A stretch of DNA of 64,000 nt, taken from assembly GCA_013154085.1 (NCBI GenBank), contig JAADDE010000057.1:8-64007 (forward strand). Direction: 5' to 3'. This document shows positions 1 to 7,750 of this stretch, in pieces; positions within the stretch are counted from its first letter, which is position 1; each line of letters starts with the position of its first letter. The notes under the pieces were generated by a model. That model was not told the origin of the DNA, did not search any database, and saw only the letters and a list, made by a program, of their open reading frames with translations. This DNA is from Thermoproteota archaeon (lineage in GTDB: Archaea > Thermoproteota > Thermoprotei_A > Sulfolobales > Ignicoccaceae). Position numbers and translations under genes: made by a program.

Positions 1-1
1 G

Positions 2-409
2 GACCCCTGGGCCCTGAGGGTTCTGAGGGAGAACTTGAGGCTGAACGGGTTTGAGGAGGGGAGGGTGGAGGTAGTGAGGAGCGACGCATGGAAATACTTT
101 TCCAGGGCTAAGAAGAAGGGCAAGCAGTTTGACGTCGGAAGCGTGGATCCCCCGGCACTGATGGACGATTATAGGGACGGCTACGTCCGGTACGTCAAGG
201 CGTATTCCGGCGCGGCTTCCATAACGCGGACTCTGCTGTCCCTCTCTTCGTGCTCGAGGAGCATGGACAGAGATACATTCGTTGCGGCGATACACGACGC
301 CTTGGCACCAAATTACAGGATACTGGAGATCCGCGGCTCCGCGCCGGACCATTCGATCCGAAAGGGGTTGCCGGACTACTTGAAGAACGCTTTCGTGTAC
401 CTAGCGTGA
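2..409 (+). CDS. Class I SAM-dependent rRNA methyltransferase (RlmI/RlmK-like), 5'-truncated by window edge
   Basis: Frame open from base 2 (DPWALRVLRENLRLNG); FDVGSVDPP motif IV, SCS, and DH...YLK C-terminus typical of the RlmI family. Confidence 0.8.
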   Translation, partial: DPWALRVLRENLRLNGFEEGRVEVVRSDAWKYFSRAKKKGKQFDVGSVDPPALMDDYRDGYVRYVKAYSGAASITRTLLSLSSCSRSMDRDTFVAAIHDALAPNYRILEIRGSAPDHSIRKGLPDYLKNAFVYLA

Positions 410-410
410 G

Positions 411-460
411 TCGGGCGCGTGGGTTCGCGCTCACCGCTCGCTTCTTAAAACCTTCCTCAT
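411..460 (-). ncRNA. Box C/D guide sRNA overlapping 3' end of rnp3
   Basis: C ATGAGGA, guide AGGTTTTAAGAA, D' GCGA, GCG, C' GTGAGCG, guide CGAACCCACGCGC, D CCGA. Second guide complements GCGCGUGGGUUCG, a tRNA variable-arm/T-arm junction as in Leu/Ser tRNAs. Confidence 0.7.
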
Positions 461-1012
461 CCCCAGCTTCATCTCTGCTAGGCTCCTAAGCATGTTCGAG
501 CCCAGACCCCACAGCGCCTTCACGTCCTCTTCCGGAAAACCGAGCTCCTCGCCTAACGCTATCACTTGGAAGGGATGGCACACCTCAAACCGCGTCTTCG
601 GGGCACAAGTGAACGCCAGAGGCACCTCTTTGTTGAGCGCTAGGTCGAGCGCGGCCTTTAGGTCTCCTAGGCTTTTAGGATCCCTTAAGATCTCCCTAAC
701 CCTTACCTCGGCTATCTTTCCGAACTGAAACATGAGCGAAGCTTGGCTTTCGTCGAAAAACCTAAGCGTTCCCTTGCCAAAGCTTATGCCGTCGACGAGT
801 CTGTGCCGTGCCGCTGCCCGGAACTCCTCCAGCTTCTTGGGCTTCGCGAAGACTATCGCTTCCGTCCTCCTCCCCCTCCATCCCTCGACAGTCGTCCGCG
901 GCCAACATCCCTTACAGCCCTCACATAAACAGCCCGAGTAGAACGCCCGCACAAGAGACACTGCCCCGCTCCCGCGGACCCAGCTCTCCACGAAGGGGCC
1001 TCTGGGAGGCAT
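431..1012 (-). CDS. rnp3: RNase P protein component 3 (Rpp30-like, reduced PHP fold)
   Basis: RAAARHRLVDGI, EVRVREIL and VPLAFTCAP...HPFQVIALGEELG match the Rpp30 pattern; ATG at 1012 preferred because the upstream ATG lies in a C box. Confidence 0.6.
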   Translation of the reverse strand: MPPRGPFVESWVRGSGAVSLVRAFYSGCLCEGCKGCWPRTTVEGWRGRRTEAIVFAKPKKLEEFRAAARHRLVDGISFGKGTLRFFDESQASLMFQFGKIAEVRVREILRDPKSLGDLKAALDLALNKEVPLAFTCAPKTRFEVCHPFQVIALGEELGFPEEDVKALWGLGSNMLRSLAEMKLGMRKVLRSER

Positions 1013-1048
1013 CCTCTCTTCACCGCTCGAGCCGTCGCCACTCATCAT
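1001..1048 (-). ncRNA. Box C/D guide sRNA at 5' end of rnp3
   Basis: C ATGATGA, guide GTGGCGACGGC, D' TCGA, GCG, C' GTGAAGA, guide GAGGATGCCTCC, D CAGA. First guide complements the crenarchaeal 16S motif GCCGUCGCCA. Confidence 0.7.
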
Positions 1049-1060
1049 CGGCGTCCTCTC

Positions 1061-1066
1061 TTTATA
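1061..1066. promoter_or_regulatory. TATA element between divergent guide RNAs
   Basis: TTTATA on + strand, about 25 nt before the H/ACA candidate; reads TATAAA on - strand ahead of the C/D sRNA and rnp3. Confidence 0.5.
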
Positions 1067-1089
1067 CCCTCGCGGGGTTTCTGAGCACA

Positions 1090-1165
1090 GCCCCCAGGGT
1101 GGACCGGCCGGAGGCCGCCGACGAGCGGGCGAAGAGGGCCGGGAGCCGATAGGGGTCGCACACCC
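1090..1165 (+). ncRNA. H/ACA-type pseudouridylation guide RNA
   Basis: Lower stem GCCCC/GGGGT, pockets CAGGGTGGA and GAGCCGATA, upper stem CCGGCC/GGCCGG, K-turn-like CGGA...GCGAAGA, ACA at 1160-1162. Pockets complement 23S GUCGGCUC-UU-CCCACCCUG. Confidence 0.7.
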
Positions 1166-1239
1166 CTATCCGGCCTCATACGGTATATACTTGTAAAAGT
1201 CGTTTAAACCTCTCTCCCCCGAGACCGGTGGGGAGAGCC

Positions 1240-2175
1240 GTGGCGAGGGTGCCCTACAAGGTAGCCGTCGTGGGTACCGGAAGGGTGGGAGCTACCTTTG
1301 CCTACACTATGGCCATAGTTCCCGGCGTTGCCAGAATGGTTCTAGTAGACGCGGTCCCGGGCTTGTCAAAGGGAGTAATGGAAGACATCAAGCACGCAGC
1401 GGCGGTGTTCCGGAGGAGTATACAAGTGGAGGCTTACGACGACGTGAGTAAGATAGAGAATGCCGATGCTATAGTGATAACGGCTGGGAAGCCGAGAAAG
1501 GCTGACATGAGCAGGAGGGACTTGGCAAAGGTAAATGCACAGATCATTTCCGATATAGGCGAAAAGTTGCGCGACCGCAATCCCGGAGCGTTCTACATGG
1601 TAGTTACCAACCCTGTTGATGTAATGACGATGGTGCTGAGCGACGTGATAGGTTCTAAGGGCACCGTTATAGGAACTGGCACCAGCCTGGACACCTACAG
1701 GTTTAGGAGCGCGGTCAGCGAGCTGTTGGACGAGCCCATCGCGGCTATAGACGGCTACGTGGTCGGCGAGCACGGCGAGGAGGCCTTCGTTGCTTGGAGC
1801 ACGGTCACGGTGAAGGGTGTGCAGATAGATGAGTACATAAGGCAGAAGGGCTTGAACTTGAGCCACGAAGAGATAGAGCAGTACGTTAAGGATGTGGCAG
1901 CTACTATAATAGCGAAGCAGGGAGCAACCATCTGGGGCCCGGCGGCCACGTTCCAAGAGATCGTCGTCTCGCATTTGGCCAACGAGGGGAAGATAATACC
2001 AGTCTCCTTGGTACAAGACGTTGAAGGCGTGGGGAGGGTGGCCATATCCGTGCCTACCAAGATATCCGGCCAACTGGTGCCGCTACCGGAACTGCTCAGC
2101 GAGGATGAGAGGAAGAGGCTCAGGAGGGCGGCAGAAGCGATAAAGAAGGTATACGAGATGACAGTCGAGAGCTAG
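1240..2175 (+). CDS. mdh: LDH-like malate dehydrogenase
   Basis: GTGRVG NAD-binding motif, AGKPRKADMSRRDL substrate loop, TNPVD, LDTYR, GEHG. Confidence 0.93.
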   Translation: MARVPYKVAVVGTGRVGATFAYTMAIVPGVARMVLVDAVPGLSKGVMEDIKHAAAVFRRSIQVEAYDDVSKIENADAIVITAGKPRKADMSRRDLAKVNAQIISDIGEKLRDRNPGAFYMVVTNPVDVMTMVLSDVIGSKGTVIGTGTSLDTYRFRSAVSELLDEPIAAIDGYVVGEHGEEAFVAWSTVTVKGVQIDEYIRQKGLNLSHEEIEQYVKDVAATIIAKQGATIWGPAATFQEIVVSHLANEGKIIPVSLVQDVEGVGRVAISVPTKISGQLVPLPELLSEDERKRLRRAAEAIKKVYEMTVES

Positions 2176-3227
2176 ACGATCGATTTTACCAAGGCTTGAA
2201 GGAACAGCACTATAGTGAATACTTGCAACGCGTCGCTCACCCACGCCAGCCCCCTACGGGTCTTGAGCTCCATGACCAGCTTGCCCCCGTCAGTTATTAT
2301 CATCGGCAGTGCATTGATTATTGCCAGCCCCATGTTTATCCCTTGAAGCCAGAAGAGGGATTGAACGGTCGAGAGCGCTACGTCTGGCGGCAGGCTTGCC
2401 AGCGGTCCCTTGGGAACCCAAGGGAGCACGTAAATGCCTATCAGCTCAGCATCGCCCTTGTTAACGGTAACCACAACCCTTTCACCGTCCCTCAGCAAAA
2501 CTATCTTCAACACCGGGCTGCTTGCTATTGCTTCCCTCAGCTCGGCCAGGTTCTTTACTTCCTTCCCGTTGACGCTCAATATAACGTCTCCGGGCTTTAT
2601 TCCGGCCTCCCACGCCGGGCTTCCGGGCTCTACCTTTATTACGTATATTCCTTTGTCAACCAAGTTCATCACCAGCAGTATTGCGAGCGCTGCCAGGACC
2701 GCGTTGGCGGCAGGGCCGGCCGAGTATATTCGGGCCCTCACCCTCGCGGGCGCGCTTAGGAGAGCTTGTTCGTCGGGCTCGACGAAGGCTACCGGGAACA
2801 CGAACAGCAGCCCCACTCCTGCACTCTTCACCCTTATCCCTTGCCAGATGCTCGCCAAGTAGTGGAATAGTTCATGAAGGGCCACGGATATCGCGATGAT
2901 CCAGAGCAGACTGAGAAGCAGTTCCAGCGGTATGGTGACGCCGGGTATCAGGGGCACGAAGGCGGCTCCCCCGCCGGCTCTCGGCACAAGCGTCTGAATG
3001 AGTATAGTATATCCCATGACCATTAGGATTATCATGATCACGATTGTACCGTCCAGGAACAGCTTGACGGTCAGCGACTCTTGATAGACGGGCTTGCCCT
3101 TTACCGGGAACCTCACAGCTACGAATCCCGGAAAGGGCACGTAGAGCTTGCGCCGCAAGGTCTGTGAGAAGTAGGGCAGTACCGAAAGCGACAGCAGTAT
3201 CAGTAGCGTAAGGGCGGCCGGTGACAT
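2172..3227 (-). CDS. Site-2 protease (M50) with PDZ domain
   Basis: HELFH zinc motif, AGPAAN, PDZ-like GSPAWEAGIKPGDVI, NALP...DGG, multiple TM segments. Confidence 0.9.
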   Translation of the reverse strand: MSPAALTLLILLSLSVLPYFSQTLRRKLYVPFPGFVAVRFPVKGKPVYQESLTVKLFLDGTIVIMIILMVMGYTILIQTLVPRAGGGAAFVPLIPGVTIPLELLLSLLWIIAISVALHELFHYLASIWQGIRVKSAGVGLLFVFPVAFVEPDEQALLSAPARVRARIYSAGPAANAVLAALAILLVMNLVDKGIYVIKVEPGSPAWEAGIKPGDVILSVNGKEVKNLAELREAIASSPVLKIVLLRDGERVVVTVNKGDAELIGIYVLPWVPKGPLASLPPDVALSTVQSLFWLQGINMGLAIINALPMIITDGGKLVMELKTRRGLAWVSDALQVFTIVLFLQALVKSIV

Positions 3228-3295
3228 GAAGCTCCCTCCGCACCTCACAATAACCCTTAAAGCCTTACACTTGGGGCGGCCTCGGGGATCAAGGA

Positions 3296-3607
3296 ATGCC
3301 GGCAATAGAGGTCGGAAGGGTCTGCGTGGTGATAGCTGGCCGCAGAGCCGGCCGCAAGTGCGTAATAGTTGACATAATCGACGACAAGTTCGTAGTCGTG
3401 ACCGGCCCCAAGGAGCTGACCGGCGTGAAGAGGAGGAGGATGAACATCAAGCACATAGAACCGCTGGACCAAAAGATAGATATAGAGAAGGGCGCTGACG
3501 ACTCGGCAGTTCTGGAAGCAATCAAGCAAGCGGGCCTCGAGGAGTTCATGAAGGAAGAGGTTAAGCCGAAGGTTCCCGTACCGCTCAAGCTGGCCTCCTA
3601 CCTATGA
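3296..3607 (+). CDS. rpl14e: 50S ribosomal protein L14e
   Basis: [36 protein letters not shown]. Confidence 0.95.
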   Translation: MPAIEVGRVCVVIAGRRAGRKCVIVDIIDDKFVVVTGPKELTGVKRRRMNIKHIEPLDQKIDIEKGADDSAVLEAIKQAGLEEFMKEEVKPKVPVPLKLASYL

Positions 3608-4638
3608 TCCATCCAATAGACGCTTACGTGGGCATGAAAAAATATTTCATGAACGTGGGCCTCAGTTGCTCAGCGAGAGTGCCGCGTCCAGAGGGCTTCA
3701 AAGTGGTGGAGCTCTCGGAGCCCTCCAAGGGACCGTGGCCGATTTATGCTCTCTATAAAAAGAACATAGATACGCACCACGCTGTTTCCATACTAGAGAA
3801 GAGGTTCGGAGGCCGCTGGAAGTGGCTCGGCTTGAAGGACAAGAGCGCGGTTACTGCGCAGCTCGTTAGCTCCGACGTAGGCGTTGAGGGCTACGCGGTC
3901 GAGGGACGCGGCTGGTGCCTAAGGCTAGAGCCCCTGGGGCGCGGGGCCCTCACGAGGGCGTCCCTCCACGGAAACTTGTTCGTGATAGACGTAGAGGCTG
4001 AGTGCCGCGCCAGCATAACTACGGGAAGCTACCTGATCCCGGGATACTTTTCATACCAAAGGTTCGGCACGACGCGCCCTATAACCCACGTCGTCGGGAA
4101 GTTCATCTTGAAAGGGGAATGGGAAGAAGCGGTCAACGTGTTGCTGGGGGAGCCCACTCCGTGGGAGTCCCCGCTGTCCAGGAGCGTGAGGCTGAGGTAC
4201 TACGCAGAGGGCCCCCGCGCCTTCCTCGACGCGCCCAAATGGCTCGACATAGAGAGGAGGGTAGCGATAGCATTGTTGAGAGGCAGAGGTCCCGAGAGGG
4301 CGCTCAAATCATTAAGGGTGTTTAAGCTCTTCCTGCACGCGTACCAAGCGTACTTGTACAATAAGATGCTCTCAGAAGCCGAGGACCCCTGCGAGGGCCC
4401 CACGAGGCTTCCGGGGCCCGGCGCGGAGGAGTACCGGGATGTCTTGGATGAAGAAGGAATCGAGCTCAGCTCGTTCAATAGGTACGGCTTGCGCGCAGAA
4501 CCCCGGAGGCCTTGTGCCCGCATAAACGTCAAGGTTTATGAAAGGGAAAACGGGTTCACGCTCATCTTTTCGTTGCCCAAAGGGTATTACGCCACGAGCT
4601 TCTTGAGAGAGATGATAAGAAATCCCTTCGCCCTTTAG
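3604..4638 (+). CDS. truD: tRNA pseudouridine(13) synthase TruD
   Basis: [11 protein letters not shown] catalytic motif, [31 protein letters not shown]. Confidence 0.9.
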   Translation: MIHPIDAYVGMKKYFMNVGLSCSARVPRPEGFKVVELSEPSKGPWPIYALYKKNIDTHHAVSILEKRFGGRWKWLGLKDKSAVTAQLVSSDVGVEGYAVEGRGWCLRLEPLGRGALTRASLHGNLFVIDVEAECRASITTGSYLIPGYFSYQRFGTTRPITHVVGKFILKGEWEEAVNVLLGEPTPWESPLSRSVRLRYYAEGPRAFLDAPKWLDIERRVAIALLRGRGPERALKSLRVFKLFLHAYQAYLYNKMLSEAEDPCEGPTRLPGPGAEEYRDVLDEEGIELSSFNRYGLRAEPRRPCARINVKVYERENGFTLIFSLPKGYYATSFLREMIRNPFAL

Positions 4639-5603
4639 CCCTCGACTGGACCTATTACTGTTCTGCCGACCAGCTTGTTTATCATCTCCACTTGTTCGTC
4701 AACTATTTCTTGCAACCTCTTGATCTGCTCCTCTGTCATGTGCCTGAACCTCCCCTGTATCTTTATGAACTCGCGGATCGGCTTCCTCTTTAGAACCGGT
4801 ACGTTGACCTTGTACTTGCCGTGGTCGTATTCGTAGAGCACCCAGTAGCCGGTCAGCACGGCCAGCCTTGCCACCTCTATTGTCTTAGACGGGTCGAACC
4901 TCCAGCCGGTGGGGCACGGGCTGTAGGCGTGGAGGAACGCCGGACCGTCGGCCTTCAGAGCCTTCACCATTTTGTTGTACATGTCTACGGGATATGCAGG
5001 GTTTATGGTGGCAGCGTAGGGGATGTGATGTGCGACGGCGATCTGTATCATGTCTTTCCTAACCCTCCACTCGCCCTTCCACTTCTTGCCAACCGGTGTG
5101 GTCGTGGTCCACGCTCCGAACGGCGTGGAGCCGGACCTCTGTATGCCCGTGTTCATGTACGCTTCGTTGTCCAGCAACACGTAGACGACCTTGTGACCCC
5201 TCTCGAGCATTCCGGAGAGCGACTGGAAGCCTATGTCAACGGTGCCTCCGTCGCCGGCGAACACTATGACGTTGATCGGCTCGTCTTCAGACAGCACGCC
5301 CTTCCTCTGGAGCGTCCTGACCGCGGCCTCGACGCCGGAGGCCACCGCTCCGCCGTTCTCGAATGCCACGTGGATCCACGGAACCTTCCACGAGCTGTAG
5401 GGGAAGACGGTGGTTACCACTTCCACACAGCCGGTAGGATTGACAACTATGGTGTTCGGCCCCGAAGCCTTCAACAAGTGCCTTATTATTACGAAGTGGC
5501 CGCACCCTTGGCACGCTGAGTGTCCTCCCGCTATGTACTCGGGCCTGGGTATCTGCATGTGGTTCCTAATTTCTTCCATGGGACCTACTTCCTTGAGCGC
5601 CAT
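4635..5603 (-). CDS. porB: Pyruvate:ferredoxin oxidoreductase (pyruvate synthase) beta subunit
   Basis: ACQGCG, TGC, GDGG...DN TPP motif, SPCPTGW. Confidence 0.93.
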   Translation of the reverse strand: MALKEVGPMEEIRNHMQIPRPEYIAGGHSACQGCGHFVIIRHLLKASGPNTIVVNPTGCVEVVTTVFPYSSWKVPWIHVAFENGGAVASGVEAAVRTLQRKGVLSEDEPINVIVFAGDGGTVDIGFQSLSGMLERGHKVVYVLLDNEAYMNTGIQRSGSTPFGAWTTTTPVGKKWKGEWRVRKDMIQIAVAHHIPYAATINPAYPVDMYNKMVKALKADGPAFLHAYSPCPTGWRFDPSKTIEVARLAVLTGYWVLYEYDHGKYKVNVPVLKRKPIREFIKIQGRFRHMTEEQIKRLQEIVDEQVEMINKLVGRTVIGPVEG

Positions 5604-5639
5604 GCCAACCACCTCCAACACATTTTAGACATCCAAAAA

Positions 5640-6827
5640 TCATTCTCTAAGACCTATCGGAATGGTTCTTTCTGGTATTTCCTTGCCCTTGGCGAACTCC
5701 GCGAGCTGGTTGATTATGTATAGGATGTCCTCAACCCTCACGTCCCTCTGCCCGATTCCAATGGTATAGCTGGCCATCTTCGGCGCGCTGGACGGGTCGC
5801 TGGCGTACATCGCCATGAGGTCTAGGGCGACCGGCCCTTGCCGGGGCGCTCCCAAGGACATCGCCCTGTCGAGGACCCCAACGACTGAGATGCCGTCGAA
5901 CAGCTTCTTCAAGTGGGGCACCGGGAACGGCCTCCAGAGCTTGAGCCTCACGAGCCCCACCTTGATGCCTTCCTTCCTTGCCCTCTCTACGGCGACCCTT
6001 GCAGTCCCGGCGTGGGCGCCGTAGGCGAGTAAGGCCACTTCGGCGTCTTCCATCATGAACGGCTCCACAACGCCGTACTTCCTGCCGAAGACCTTTCCGA
6101 ACTCTTCGTCCACCTCCTCTGCGACCTTCAGCGCGTTCTCCATAGCCACTTGTTGCTGATACTTGAACTCGTAGTACCAGTCCGGCTCGCCCACCGTACC
6201 CATGGATATGGGATTCTTGGGGTTCAGCGTGTTCCACGTGATCTTCTTCGGAATGAACTTGAGGACCTCCTCTTTTTCAAGGGTTTCCACCGGCTCAGTT
6301 ACGTGGCTGAGCACGAATCCGTCGTAGTCAACTATTGCCGGCAAGTGGACCCGCGGGTCCTCGGCAACCTTGAAGGCTTGAATGACCGTGTCGTAGGCCT
6401 CTTGGGCAGAGCTGACGAAGTAGGTAACTATTCCAGCGTCCCTCAGAACCGCTATGTCGTGCATGTCGCCCCATATGCTCAGGGGCGCGCTCAAGGCTCT
6501 GGACGCCACGCCCAGCACTATCGGAAGCCTCAAGCCGGATGCTATGTATAGGACCTCGGACATGTAGATTAGGCCTTGGCTCGCCGTAACTGTGAATGTT
6601 CTAGCGCCGACCGCGGAAGCGCCGACTAGGGCGGACGCGGCGGAGTGCTCGGACTCCACGTGGATGTACTCGGCATCTATCTCGCCGTTGGCGGCGAACT
6701 CGGCGAGCTTCTCCGCTGCTGGGGTCGAGGGGGTTATTGGGTATGCAGCGATTACGTCAACGTCCGAATCCTTTGCAGCGTGGGCGACCGCGTAGTTTGT
6801 GGTGAGGGCTAGCCTGGGCACGACCAT
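5640..6827 (-). CDS. porA: Pyruvate:ferredoxin oxidoreductase alpha subunit
   Basis: YPITP, ESEH, TASQGL motifs; GAGGTG Shine-Dalgarno before ATG 6827. Confidence 0.93.
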   Translation of the reverse strand: MVVPRLALTTNYAVAHAAKDSDVDVIAAYPITPSTPAAEKLAEFAANGEIDAEYIHVESEHSAASALVGASAVGARTFTVTASQGLIYMSEVLYIASGLRLPIVLGVASRALSAPLSIWGDMHDIAVLRDAGIVTYFVSSAQEAYDTVIQAFKVAEDPRVHLPAIVDYDGFVLSHVTEPVETLEKEEVLKFIPKKITWNTLNPKNPISMGTVGEPDWYYEFKYQQQVAMENALKVAEEVDEEFGKVFGRKYGVVEPFMMEDAEVALLAYGAHAGTARVAVERARKEGIKVGLVRLKLWRPFPVPHLKKLFDGISVVGVLDRAMSLGAPRQGPVALDLMAMYASDPSSAPKMASYTIGIGQRDVRVEDILYIINQLAEFAKGKEIPERTIPIGLRE

Positions 6828-7132
6828 CACCTCTCCTCGGGCACCCACTCTATTGCGTTAACCGGGCATTCGGCATAGCAGATTCCGCAACCCTTGCAGT
6901 GAACGTAGTCCACCTCGTACCTCTTGCCCATCTTTGCCTTCTCGTCTATCACCTCTATTATTGCGCCGTCCGGGCAGTAGATCCAGCACAGCCTGCACCG
7001 GGTGCACTTGTCGTCAATTATGACTGGCTTGAAGACCCTCCAGCCGCTCACATCTATTGTTTCTGTGTTCCCCGGATCTCTGACGACTGCCCCTTCGGGG
7101 AGCTCTCTCCAGCCGGGGAGGTTCTTATTCAT
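6827..7132 (-). CDS. porD: Pyruvate:ferredoxin oxidoreductase delta subunit (2x[4Fe-4S])
   Basis: WRVFKP, CTRCRLCWIYCP, CKGCGICYAECP. Confidence 0.93.
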   Translation of the reverse strand: MNKNLPGWRELPEGAVVRDPGNTETIDVSGWRVFKPVIIDDKCTRCRLCWIYCPDGAIIEVIDEKAKMGKRYEVDYVHCKGCGICYAECPVNAIEWVPEER

Positions 7133-7686
7133 CAACCGGCCACCACCTCCTCATATGCCCTCTTCACGGCCAAGAGGTTGGCCTCCACGGTACGCGGAGG
7201 CACCTTCTCCTTTACAGCCTCGAGGACCTTTTCGAGGTCCACGAGGCCGGTCACCTTCACAAACGCCCCTAATATAGCTGTGTTTACTATAGGCCTCTTC
7301 AACGTCTCGAGAGCTATCTTAGTGGCGTCGACGACGGCGACCCTTACGTCGTCCCTGCCTAGAAGCTTTCTGACCTCGTCGGGGCTCTTGTCTGTGTTCA
7401 CAATAGCGAGCCCGTTCTCTTTGAGTCCTTGAGCCAGCTGAGGACCCAACAGCGTAGGGTCGAGGACAACTATAATGTCCGGTTCGTAGATTTTAGAACG
7501 TATGTATATGGGCTTGTCGTCTATTCTCGTGAAGGCCTCTACGGGGGCGCCTCGCCTCTCCACGCCAAACGACGGGAACGCTTGTGCGTACTTGCCCTGG
7601 GAGATGGCGGCCTTGGCTACGATCTCCGACGCCGTCACGGCTCCCTGACCGCCCCTCCCATGCCACCGAATCTCGATGAGAGACAT
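7132..7686 (-). CDS. porG: Pyruvate:ferredoxin oxidoreductase gamma subunit
   Basis: EIRWHGRGGQG, FGVERRGAPV, NTAILGA. Confidence 0.93.
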   Translation of the reverse strand: MSLIEIRWHGRGGQGAVTASEIVAKAAISQGKYAQAFPSFGVERRGAPVEAFTRIDDKPIYIRSKIYEPDIIVVLDPTLLGPQLAQGLKENGLAIVNTDKSPDEVRKLLGRDDVRVAVVDATKIALETLKRPIVNTAILGAFVKVTGLVDLEKVLEAVKEKVPPRTVEANLLAVKRAYEEVVAG

Positions 7687-7719
7687 AGGGGACGGACCCG
7701 AGGTCTGGGGGCCTCGGGG

Positions 7720-7737
7720 GTTTATACACGTATAAAC
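7720..7737. promoter_or_regulatory. Palindrome over the por operon promoter
   Basis: GTTTATAC-AC-GTATAAAC, a perfect 8-bp inverted repeat containing TATA-like boxes, 34-51 nt upstream of porG. Confidence 0.55.
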
Positions 7738-7750
7738 AGCATAGATTCAG

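Noticed and set aside
415-430. GCGCGTGGGTTCG, resembling a tRNA T-arm
   Set aside because: No cloverleaf around it; better explained as the reverse complement of a C/D guide that targets tRNA
1046-1180. Possible ~44-codon ORF on the minus strand (MRPDRGVRPL...)
   Set aside because: Pro/Arg/Gly-rich GC artefact, antisense to the H/ACA candidate
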